DNA of 64,000 nucleotides, from positions 7,403 through 71,402 of the forward strand of contig BHEP01000002.1 of NCBI GenBank assembly GCA_003851245.1, given 5' to 3'. The notes below the pieces were generated by a model that worked only from the letters and a program-made list of their open reading frames with translations, did no database searches and was not told the origin of the DNA. Below, one piece after another: positions 55,004-63,387 of the stretch. Position 1 is the first letter of the stretch. Each line of letters opens with the position of its first letter. The position numbers and the translations under genes were made by a program. Source of the stretch: Bacteroidales bacterium (GTDB taxonomy: Bacteria; Bacteroidota; Bacteroidia; Bacteroidales; Azobacteroidaceae).

Positions 55004-56806
55004 ATGAAAACTAATCAATATATTTCAATTCCCAACAATAAACAATACATCAAACAATGCATCAAACAATGGTGTAGATTAATCATGCTGCCACTCTTAT
55101 TCCTTTTCATTCCAACGGGATGTAGCGATGTGCTGAATGATGTAAAAAACTTAAGTTCGTATCCCGAGAAGGGGACCTTTGATGACGAAACATCAGCCAA
55201 TGCCTTTTTGAGCAATATATACTACAATACATTGGGAGGATGGCCTGTTAATAGTGGTAATAATGCCGATGAAAGTGTGGGCATACAAATAGATGGATGG
55301 ATAACTTTAGATAACGACAACATGAAAAATTGGTCGTATGAGTCGATCCGAAAAACAAACATCTTACTGAAAGAAGTTCCACAAGGAAAAATACCGTCGG
55401 AGAAACAACGAGCCCTTGTAGGTCAGGCAAAATTTCTGCGGGCTTTCTTGTATTTTAAGATGATATATCATCATGGGGGAGTGCCTATCATAAAAACTCC
55501 TCAATTGCTGACCGACGACTTGAAGGTAATAAGAAATTCTACCAAGGAGTGTTTCGACTTTATCATAGACGATTTGGACGAGGCTTTCGCATTGTTGCCA
55601 GCGAAATACCAGGGAACAAATCGAGGTAGAGTAGATCAAGCTTCTGTGAAAGCATTTAAAGGACGGGTGCTGCTCTACAAGGCATCTCCTCAGTTCAACC
55701 CATCAAATTATTATGACAATGCGTATTGGACAGATGCTTTTAATGCAAATAAAGAGGCCAAAGACTTTTTGGATCTCCATGGCTACGGATTGCTCGACAA
55801 ATATACCGATGTGTTTGAAACCAAAGACCATAAAGAAAATATCTTGTCGGTGATTTATAAAAATCCAATAAAAATGAATGGTCGAAAAGAAGATGCCGTG
55901 CGTCCGCTCTCGGAATCCAAAAATTATACTGGAGGAGATCAACCTATTTGGGCATTGGCCGAAGCTTATACAATGATGGATGGACGAAAAATAGGCGACA
56001 GCGATTCAAAATACGAATACAAATTAGAGTCTTTTTGGAAAAATAGAGACCCTCGCTTTGATGCTACTCTCGTGTGGAACGGGGCAATATACGAACTTGG
56101 AGGACTTCAAAATCGACGTCAGTATACAATGGCAGGAATTGCTCGCTCGCTCGATGCCTTTGGATTCTTTATTCAAGGCGAGCATTTTAGTAGGTCGGGT
56201 CTGTATTGTAGAAAGGGAATTATGGAAGAATTGTCGTCTACACAGGTAGAATTAAATGATGTAGATTGGCCAGAAATAAGGTATGCCGAGGTCTTGTTTA
56301 ATTATGCCGAAGCTGCCAACGAAGCTGGCAATGCCGAAATGGCACTCGATGTGCTCAAGTCAATAAGAAAGCGAGCGGGCATAGAAGCTGGAAGTGATGG
56401 ATTGTATGGACTGAAATATGCGATGAATAGGGGCGAAATGCGACAAGCCATCATAGACGAGAAATATATTGAAATGGCATTTGAAGGGCATAGATTCTGG
56501 GATTTACGTAGGCATAGAATGCTTGGTCAATTGGATGGAATGCGTAAATATGGCATAATGGCTGTTAAGGTAAATGGTCGCACAGTGGATCAAATAACAT
56601 CAGACGATGTATCTATGGCTCATGAATTTGCATTGAAACCAGAAGATTTTGAATATCAAAAAGTAGAAATGATAAGCAACGGTCCCAAAGAAATGGTGAT
56701 GCCCGAAAAATATTATTTCTTTCCTATCAAGCAATCTCACATCAATGCAAATACCAATTTGAAACAAAACAAAGATTGGGGTGGCGATTTTATTCCTACT
56801 TTATAA
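55004..56806 (+). CDS. SusD/RagB-family lipoprotein (PUL-3)
   Basis: 600 aa with lipobox FIPTGC|SDVLND. SusD motifs are KFLRAFLYFKMIYHHGGVP, IRYAEVLFNYAEA and EKYIEMAFEGHRFWDLRRH. Confidence 0.92.
   Translation: MKTNQYISIPNNKQYIKQCIKQWCRLIMLPLLFLFIPTGCSDVLNDVKNLSSYPEKGTFDDETSANAFLSNIYYNTLGGWPVNSGNNADESVGIQIDGWITLDNDNMKNWSYESIRKTNILLKEVPQGKIPSEKQRALVGQAKFLRAFLYFKMIYHHGGVPIIKTPQLLTDDLKVIRNSTKECFDFIIDDLDEAFALLPAKYQGTNRGRVDQASVKAFKGRVLLYKASPQFNPSNYYDNAYWTDAFNANKEAKDFLDLHGYGLLDKYTDVFETKDHKENILSVIYKNPIKMNGRKEDAVRPLSESKNYTGGDQPIWALAEAYTMMDGRKIGDSDSKYEYKLESFWKNRDPRFDATLVWNGAIYELGGLQNRRQYTMAGIARSLDAFGFFIQGEHFSRSGLYCRKGIMEELSSTQVELNDVDWPEIRYAEVLFNYAEAANEAGNAEMALDVLKSIRKRAGIEAGSDGLYGLKYAMNRGEMRQAIIDEKYIEMAFEGHRFWDLRRHRMLGQLDGMRKYGIMAVKVNGRTVDQITSDDVSMAHEFALKPEDFEYQKVEMISNGPKEMVMPEKYYFFPIKQSHINANTNLKQNKDWGGDFIPTL
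55040..55072 (+). repeat. In-frame 12-nt tandem repeat (about 2.75 copies) in the susD signal-peptide n-region
   Basis: AAACAATACATC / AAACAATGCATC / AAACAATGG encodes KQYI-KQCI-KQW. Confidence 0.8.
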
Positions 56807-56821
56807 ATAAACAATAGATAC

Positions 56822-56852
56822 AGGGCCTCCTTTTTTATATGAGGGAGGCCCT
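56822..56852 (+). terminator. Hairpin after PUL-3 susD
   Basis: AGGGCCTCC (56822-56830) pairs with GGAGGCCCT (56844-56852). The loop is T-rich. Confidence 0.5.
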
Positions 56853-56878
56853 ATCCAATAATATTAAAAAAATATATC

Positions 56879-59302
56879 ATGTTAAAAAAAATAATTAGCT
56901 TGGTCTTGCTTGCAATAACTTTAGCCTCATGCAGCAAGAATAATATCAGCTTTCAAACAGAGGTCTTTGAATTGTCGCTAGATAGCAAAGGAATGGTAGT
57001 GGCGATGAATGATCTTAAAAACGATAAAAATTATCTCGCCAAAGAGCAGGCTTCTCCTTTGATTGCTATTCGCATAGATGGGAATTACGAAAATCCCTCG
57101 CAGGCCCAATGGGATGAATCGCGCCAAGAGCTTAGCCTGAGTTTCGACCAAAGTGGGTCGGAAATAATAATTGCGGCAAGCCAAAATGTCCATTATCTAA
57201 GTTTTGAAATCAAAGAGATTCAATCGCCCCAATACATTGAGCTTGTAGTATGGGGCCCTTATGCCAATGCTATAAATAAAATTGTTGGCGAATGTGTAGG
57301 AGTCGTACGCAACGACGATTTTGCAATTGGTATACGGGCACTAAACCCTAAAACTATGGGAGGCTACCCATCGACAGAAGATGATGTAGACCCATCTTTC
57401 GATATTTTTGCTTCAACCTCCCTTGTCGATATTGACGACTCTTTGAAAGTCTTATATCGAGGACAGGCAGCGCGGCATACTGAGTTCGGAAGTCTGCTGC
57501 AAGCCTATTGCCGCGACCGAAGCAAGGATAGAATAATACCTATGTGGGGACATTCGCATTTCACAGCCCCCGCCTATGACGATGGAGGGTGTGTGGGCAG
57601 CAAGATAGCCATCTTTGGATGTCCTGTAGAACAATCGCTAGACTATCTCGAAAAAATAGTGCTGGGGGAAAACCTGCCATACCCACAAATAAAAGATCAG
57701 TGGGGAAAACGCACTCCTCATGCCGCTGCCGCCTATATTATCTATCCTTTCAACGAAGAAAATATTGATGAGGCCATTGCATTCACAAAAAAAACAGGCT
57801 TGGAATATCTATATCACGGGCATCCTTTTGAAACATGGGGGCATTTCAAACTCCTTCCCAAAGAATTTCCTTCGGGCATAGAGGGACTAAAAAAATGCGT
57901 GGATAAGGCTGCACTACAAGGCATAAAGTTGGGAATCCATACGCTCTCCAATTTTACTACTACCAATGATGCTTATGTAAGTCCTATTCCCGACAAGAGG
58001 CTAGCAAAAGTTGGAAGTTCGCTCATCGTCAAGGATATTGACAGCTGGCAAACAGATATAGAAATAGAAGACCCTACATTTTTTAATCAAATGGAAAACA
58101 ATAATCTACATGGGCTAATGATTGGCGAAGAGCTTGTAAGGTATGAAAGCGTAAGCGAGTCTGCCCCCTGGATGTTGATAAACTGTCAGCGTGGAGCTTG
58201 GAATACCATAGCCAAAGCTCATGCCAAGGGGCAAGAGATATCTAAACTCCTAGATCATGGCTATAATGTTTTTCTTACCGATATTAGCTTGACTCTCGAA
58301 GAATCGCGCAATATTGCCAATATATTCAATCAAACAGGCATCATGCAAATATCTTTTGACGGACTCGAAGGGGCTTGGTCTACAGGTTTGGGGCAATATG
58401 GACTATCGCTGATGACCCAAGAATGGTATGATAATCTGGAGCCGCAATACCGCAACTGCATCAATGATGCAAGCATGACCACCCACTACAACTGGACTAT
58501 CTTTACACGCATGAACTGGGGAGAACCATGGTACGCAGGTTTTCGCGAAAGCCAAATGAACTACCGGCTGATGAATCAAGATTTTTATCGACGCAACCTA
58601 ATGCCTTGTATGTTAGGATGGTTCAAATATGATGCCAGCACCAGCATAGAAGATGTGGAATGGCTGCTTGCTCGAACTGCTGCTTTTGATGCTGGCTACA
58701 CACTGGTAACCAACAGCGAGGCGGTAGCAAGCAATGGCTCGTCCGACAAGATAATAAAAGCCATCAGAGAGTGGGAAAAGGCTAGGCTAAGTGGGGCATT
58801 TCCTGCAGAACTAAAAAAAGAAATGGAGCATACCAAAAATGAATATAGCCTTGAGGAATTGTCAGAAAACAGCTGGAGCCTATCGCCCTTTGCCATCACT
58901 CGCTTCAGGCATGCTAATGTAGTGCGCCAGCCAGGAGAGCCTGTAGAATCTAAGTGGGAATTTGATAATCCTTATCAGCGACAAGCAATTGGCTTTATAA
59001 TAAATGCAAATGACGATATTTCAAATATGGCACTAAATATTGGTGGATATTCCTCGGTAGAGATACCCATAAAACTTCAAAAAGGAGAAAGTATAAGGTA
59101 TGAAGGGGGAAATGAAATACTGCATTTAGATAAAAATTGGAACCTTATAAAAGCAGTGCCTGTAGACGAATCATTGCTGTATGCCAATAAGGGAAAAATA
59201 ATCCTCAATTTTGCCTGCTCCTTTGCCTCTTCAGAACTTGACAAAATGGTCAATGCCGAAATTAAAACTATAGGAGAAGCAAGGGTACTAACAAGTAAAT
59301 AG
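56879..59302 (+). CDS. 807-aa PUL-encoded lipoprotein of unknown family (candidate novel glycoside hydrolase)
   Basis: It has lipobox AITLASC|SKNN. The N-terminus is rich in predicted beta-strands. A central TIM-barrel-like stretch follows (IAFTKKTGLEYLYHGHPFETW...GIKLGIHTLSNF...MQISFDGLEGAW...). I could not match it to a CAZy family from memory. Confidence 0.75.
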   Translation: MLKKIISLVLLAITLASCSKNNISFQTEVFELSLDSKGMVVAMNDLKNDKNYLAKEQASPLIAIRIDGNYENPSQAQWDESRQELSLSFDQSGSEIIIAASQNVHYLSFEIKEIQSPQYIELVVWGPYANAINKIVGECVGVVRNDDFAIGIRALNPKTMGGYPSTEDDVDPSFDIFASTSLVDIDDSLKVLYRGQAARHTEFGSLLQAYCRDRSKDRIIPMWGHSHFTAPAYDDGGCVGSKIAIFGCPVEQSLDYLEKIVLGENLPYPQIKDQWGKRTPHAAAAYIIYPFNEENIDEAIAFTKKTGLEYLYHGHPFETWGHFKLLPKEFPSGIEGLKKCVDKAALQGIKLGIHTLSNFTTTNDAYVSPIPDKRLAKVGSSLIVKDIDSWQTDIEIEDPTFFNQMENNNLHGLMIGEELVRYESVSESAPWMLINCQRGAWNTIAKAHAKGQEISKLLDHGYNVFLTDISLTLEESRNIANIFNQTGIMQISFDGLEGAWSTGLGQYGLSLMTQEWYDNLEPQYRNCINDASMTTHYNWTIFTRMNWGEPWYAGFRESQMNYRLMNQDFYRRNLMPCMLGWFKYDASTSIEDVEWLLARTAAFDAGYTLVTNSEAVASNGSSDKIIKAIREWEKARLSGAFPAELKKEMEHTKNEYSLEELSENSWSLSPFAITRFRHANVVRQPGEPVESKWEFDNPYQRQAIGFIINANDDISNMALNIGGYSSVEIPIKLQKGESIRYEGGNEILHLDKNWNLIKAVPVDESLLYANKGKIILNFACSFASSELDKMVNAEIKTIGEARVLTSK

Positions 59303-59305
59303 GGC

Positions 59306-59515
59306 TTGTTTGTGCACTGCACATCCTCCGACCCCACGGTGGCAAGGGAGGCCGTGGGTCGATGTGCGGCAATAGGTTGCGAGATTATTGTTTTGAGCCT
59401 TGGTTCAGGCCTTAGTATGGAAAATGAGAGTATGGAAAATATTGCAAAGTTTCGACAATTGTGCCAATATGCCAATAGTAAAGGCATTGAACTTGGGGGC
59501 TACTCCCTACTGTAG
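59306..59515 (+). pseudogene. Truncated ORF remnant (TIM-barrel N-terminal-like fragment)
   Basis: It is a 69-codon ORF with a TTG start and no signal peptide. The sequence ...REAVGRCAAIGCEIIVLSLGSG...NIAKFRQLCQYANSKGIELGGYSLL* ends abruptly 32 nt before a convergent gene. Its 5' end is locally GC-rich and can form an imperfect hairpin (CGACCCCACGG...CCGTGGGTCG). Confidence 0.4.
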
Positions 59516-59547
59516 AGCCTATGGATCAAAAGCAAATCGCACTTCTA

Positions 59548-60312
59548 TTACTTGGTGGAAATTGTAGTCGGTCCCAAATAGGGTTTGAATCCATTATGTC
59601 TGGCAGAATATCCCTCCCAAAATGCTTTGTGGTATTTTAATGTCAGTCGCACACATTTTTCCACATTGTAGTCTCTTGCCAGGGCATATTCTTTGGCTAT
59701 GTAGGCCAGCATTTCATCACTGCCCCAAAGGCGGGAAAAGTTGGCACATCCCTTATCTATTCCGACCTTTCCAAATGCCATTCTATTGATGTCTACCAAG
59801 CAAAAACGATAGTTTTCATCGACTTTTTTATACAATATATTCCCTGGAGAATAGTCCATATGCCGTACTCCTTTTTCGTGGGTGTAGGCACTAAAATGTG
59901 CGAAAGAGCCTAGGAGGTCTTCCCTCCCTTCAATTTCTCCCCAGCGAAATTCGCGCATCATTCCCGTGAAATCGAGGTGTAGGCATACAAAATACGAATT
60001 GTGCAACAGACCACCTTGCCTTTGTTCGATATAGGCGATAGGAATGGGTGTGCCTATGCCTTTTTGTAGCAATTTTATTGCATATTCATAAGAGCGTTTT
60101 GCCTTGGAGGGTCGGATGAATGTGTATGCAAATTTATTGATGATCATTGGTGGACAAAACGATTTTATACTTAGGCATATTCCTTCTACCTCTATTTTTC
60201 GTATAGTGTTGCGTTCATCATAGACAATTTCTCCCAATTGATCGAAATTATTAGGTATTTGTCGAAGAAATTCCGACAAATGCTTGTACTTGGGGTTGAT
60301 GCTTATTCTCAT
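59548..60312 (-). CDS. Lipopolysaccharide kinase (Kdo/WaaP) family protein
   Basis: 254 aa with a kinase catalytic-loop-like motif RHMDYSPGNILYKK and LVDINRM. It sits in an operon with a GT9 gene. Confidence 0.75.
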   Translation of the reverse strand: MRISINPKYKHLSEFLRQIPNNFDQLGEIVYDERNTIRKIEVEGICLSIKSFCPPMIINKFAYTFIRPSKAKRSYEYAIKLLQKGIGTPIPIAYIEQRQGGLLHNSYFVCLHLDFTGMMREFRWGEIEGREDLLGSFAHFSAYTHEKGVRHMDYSPGNILYKKVDENYRFCLVDINRMAFGKVGIDKGCANFSRLWGSDEMLAYIAKEYALARDYNVEKCVRLTLKYHKAFWEGYSARHNGFKPYLGPTTISTK

Positions 60313-60325
60313 TTATTATTTTTTC

Positions 60326-61363
60326 TTAATTCTTATTTCCAGGCTCGTAGCACATAATTTTTTCTACAATCAATTCAGGACTTATTTCTAAGCAAGCATA
60401 ATCATTTCTAAGGCAGGCTTTATTGCCGAATATGGAACAGGGTCTGCAAGAGAGCCCTTCTATTTGAATGGCATTTTTAGGATCTTGTCCAAATCCATAA
60501 AAACCAGCAAAGGGATGGGTAGCACCCCAAATGGACAATACTGGAGTTGCCACGAGTGATGCCAAGTGCATGTTGCCAGAATCCATGCTTACCATCAAGT
60601 CGAGGTAGCTCATGATTAATAGCTCTGTGGGAAAAGATGTTTTGCCAGCCATTGATCGAATATTTTCGTGTTTAGATGCCCAAGCATCTAATATCTCAAT
60701 TTCATGTCCGCCGCCAAAAAGGAATATTTTTATGTCCTCCTTTTTACTTAGTAGTTTAAGAAGAGCCTCCATTTTTTCAATAGGGTAGGTTTTCCCCTTG
60801 TGTTTGGCAAAAGGGGCAATTCCTATCCACCTCCCATTTTTTTTGCCTGTCAAGATTTCTATTTCTTCAAATTTTCTTTCTCTATTGTCAAAAATAGATT
60901 TAAATTCTATTCTAGCATCATACCCCAGGCTTTCAAAAACCTCTTGATAGCGCTCGATAGATGATTTTAAGGGGGCAAAGATTTTGTTTTTTTTAGCGCT
61001 TAGGGCTTTTTTTTCTCTTCTTCCTTTGTTTATACTTGCAATTTTTTTGCCTTTTAATCGAAAAAAATTGCTAATTGCTTGCGATCGTAGCACATCGTGT
61101 AGATCGGCCACCTTATCAATTTTTTGTTTCGACAAAGAGTGAATCAATCTTGCCAAGCCAATAAGCCCCTTGTGCTTGGTTTTCTCATATACTGCAATCA
61201 CATCAACATTCTTGGGCTTAGAGTCGAAAATAGACACCAGGGAGCTTTTTGTGAGCAAAACGAAGCTATCAGCCTTATTTCTGTTTGCTATGGAGTACAA
61301 AACGGGTATAAGCATTGCTACATCGCCCAAGGCAGAGAGTCTTAGCACCAGAACCACTGCCAC
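60326..61363 (-). CDS. Glycosyltransferase family 9 (LPS heptosyltransferase-like)
   Basis: 345 aa. The N-terminus is VLVLRLSALGDVAMLIPV and the C-terminal half reads DSGNMHLASLVATPVLSIWGATHP, both typical of GT9. Confidence 0.85.
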   Translation of the reverse strand: MAVVLVLRLSALGDVAMLIPVLYSIANRNKADSFVLLTKSSLVSIFDSKPKNVDVIAVYEKTKHKGLIGLARLIHSLSKQKIDKVADLHDVLRSQAISNFFRLKGKKIASINKGRREKKALSAKKNKIFAPLKSSIERYQEVFESLGYDARIEFKSIFDNRERKFEEIEILTGKKNGRWIGIAPFAKHKGKTYPIEKMEALLKLLSKKEDIKIFLFGGGHEIEILDAWASKHENIRSMAGKTSFPTELLIMSYLDLMVSMDSGNMHLASLVATPVLSIWGATHPFAGFYGFGQDPKNAIQIEGLSCRPCSIFGNKACLRNDYACLEISPELIVEKIMCYEPGNKN

Positions 61364-61366
61364 GAC

Positions 61367-61972
61367 TTATTTTTTTGAGTATAAAACAGGGTTTAATGAG
61401 GGGTCGTTATACATCTTCATTTGTTTGTAGACCTTCATACATTTGCTGCCTGTTTTGAAATCTTCCAAGACTTGATCAATGGCTGTTGTAAGGTCTTTCC
61501 TTTGCTCCAGCAAGACACTGAGTTTTTCCTTACATGCTTTTTTGTGGCTTTCGCTGGCTTCTTCTCTGTCTACTTCTTGCTGCATGTGATAGATCTTAAG
61601 AACCAAAATAGATAGTCTATCCATCGCCCATGAGGGGCTTTCAGTATTGAGTTTGGGACTTTTTGCTGGCTTAATATCCTTGAATTGATCTAAAAAATAG
61701 CTATCTATAAGTTCTACCAAATCTGTGCGGTCTTGGTTGGATTTATCAATTCTGCGTTTTATTTCCAATGCTTTGATGGGATCAATTTGCGGATCCCTAA
61801 TGATGTCTTCCAGATGCCATTGTACAGCATCAATCCAATTTTTTAGATACAGATAGTATTCAATAGACTTTTGCGGATGCGGATTTTGAATAGTGGCATC
61901 TACATCATCCAAGAGATGATAATTGGCTGTGGATAGCTCAAAGATAGGCAATGCTAAAGCAGTAAAATTCAT
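61367..61972 (-). CDS. DUF4254-family protein (function unknown, LPS-core operon)
   Basis: 201 aa with WHLEDIIRDPQI...IDKSNQDRTDLVELID. It matches my recollection of DUF4254, which commonly sits next to GT9 genes in Bacteroidota. Confidence 0.6.
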   Translation of the reverse strand: MNFTALALPIFELSTANYHLLDDVDATIQNPHPQKSIEYYLYLKNWIDAVQWHLEDIIRDPQIDPIKALEIKRRIDKSNQDRTDLVELIDSYFLDQFKDIKPAKSPKLNTESPSWAMDRLSILVLKIYHMQQEVDREEASESHKKACKEKLSVLLEQRKDLTTAIDQVLEDFKTGSKCMKVYKQMKMYNDPSLNPVLYSKK

Positions 61973-62013
61973 ACTATGCGTTTTATTGTTTGTTTTTGTA
62001 TAATTTATGTTTA

Positions 62014-62021
62014 CAAAGTTA
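62014..62021 (-). promoter_or_regulatory. Candidate -7 box for the DUF4254-GT9-kinase operon
   Basis: The minus strand reads TAACTTTG, 42 nt upstream of the ATG at 61972. Confidence 0.4.
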
Positions 62022-62062
62022 CATCTTTCAGTGATATATCCAAAGCAGGGCTGTTTTTTTTA

Positions 62063-62070
62063 TAACTTTG
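62063..62070 (+). promoter_or_regulatory. Candidate -7 box for pdxB
   Basis: TAACTTTG lies 117 nt upstream of ATG 62187. Confidence 0.3.
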
Positions 62071-62186
62071 TAAAATTGATCTGGCTCCTTGTCTTGGCAT
62101 TTGTCTGAATCAGGGAGTGTCCGACACAAGTCTTGCGCATAATGTTGCGAATAAATTGAATAATTAAAAATAAATATCGTAAAAAC

Positions 62187-63299
62187 ATGAAAATTCTTGC
62201 AGATAACAAAATTCCCTTCTTGAAAGGTGTTTTAGAGCCTTTTGCTGAGATGAGCTACTTGTTGGCAAAAGATTTTACACATGAAAACATCAAAGATGCG
62301 GAGGTCCTTATTGTTAGAACACCCAATAAATGCACGCGAAGCTTGCTGGAGGGCACTAAGGTGAAGTTTATTGCTACTTCCACTATTGGCTTTGATCATA
62401 TTGATATTGATTACTGTGTGCAGGCAGGTATTGGCTGGACCAATTGCCCAGGCTGCAATGCAGTATCTGTGAGTCAATATATTATAGCGTCGGTGATAGA
62501 AATGTCTAAGAAAGAAGGTTTTTCGATTTATGACAAGACCTATGGTATTGTGGGAGTAGGAAATGTAGGCAAAGAAGTGGAGAGGGTTTTCACAGCCATG
62601 GGGATGAGATATTTGCTTTGCGATCCTCCTCGAGCTTTGGCAGAGGGCCAAAAGGGTTTTGTAGATCTACAGACCATTTGCAGTGAATGCGATATTATTA
62701 CCTTTCATGTGCCATTGAATAAGGCAGGTAGCTTTCCAACTTATCATTTGGCAGATGCTGCTTTTTTTGATTCTTTGAAACGAAGGCCCTATATTATCAA
62801 TGCCGCTAGGGGAGGAGTGCATGATACTAAAGCCCTGCTAAACGCTAAGAAAGCAGGATTAATAAGAGGAATGATAATCGACTGTTGGGAAAACGAGCCT
62901 AATATTTCTCTTCCATTATTACAAGAAGTACTTATTGGCAGTCCGCATGTGGCAGGTTTCTCTGCCGATGGCAAGGGCAATGGCACGCGCATGTGTTTGG
63001 AGGCCATTGCCGGAGCTTATCCATTGATATTTAAAGATTTACTTATACAGATTGAACTGCCATGTCCCAATATTGCAGAAATAGATCTCAATAATTTTTG
63101 CGGCGATAGGATTCAGGAAGCTATTTTAAGTACTTTTTCTCCCCTAGTTGCCGACAAGAACCTGCGAGCCAAGCCCGAAGGCTTTGAATATCAGCGCACG
63201 CATTACGACAATCCTAGGGAGTTTCACGCCTACACTATTAAAAATGCAAGTGCCGAAGAGCGAATAATTTTAATAAATTTGGGTTTTCTTGTGGAATAA
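62187..63299 (+). CDS. pdxB: 4-phosphoerythronate dehydrogenase
   Basis: 370 aa. It is a D-2-hydroxyacid dehydrogenase fold with the NAD motif GIVGVGNVGKEV and catalytic region INAARGGV...SPHVAGFS. It also has the PdxB-type N-terminus (MKILADNKIPFLKG) and a C-terminal dimerisation domain. Confidence 0.85.
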   Translation: MKILADNKIPFLKGVLEPFAEMSYLLAKDFTHENIKDAEVLIVRTPNKCTRSLLEGTKVKFIATSTIGFDHIDIDYCVQAGIGWTNCPGCNAVSVSQYIIASVIEMSKKEGFSIYDKTYGIVGVGNVGKEVERVFTAMGMRYLLCDPPRALAEGQKGFVDLQTICSECDIITFHVPLNKAGSFPTYHLADAAFFDSLKRRPYIINAARGGVHDTKALLNAKKAGLIRGMIIDCWENEPNISLPLLQEVLIGSPHVAGFSADGKGNGTRMCLEAIAGAYPLIFKDLLIQIELPCPNIAEIDLNNFCGDRIQEAILSTFSPLVADKNLRAKPEGFEYQRTHYDNPREFHAYTIKNASAEERIILINLGFLVE

Positions 63300-63324
63300 G
63301 CGGTCGTAAGACGCAAAAAAATCG

Positions 63325-63332
63325 TACATTTG
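63325..63332 (+). promoter_or_regulatory. Candidate -7 box for prs
   Basis: TACATTTG lies 56 nt upstream of ATG 63388. Confidence 0.35.
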
Positions 63333-63387
63333 CATCATATTTTGAGTTCTACATTAATCATTATTTATATTATTGAGCATTATCTCC

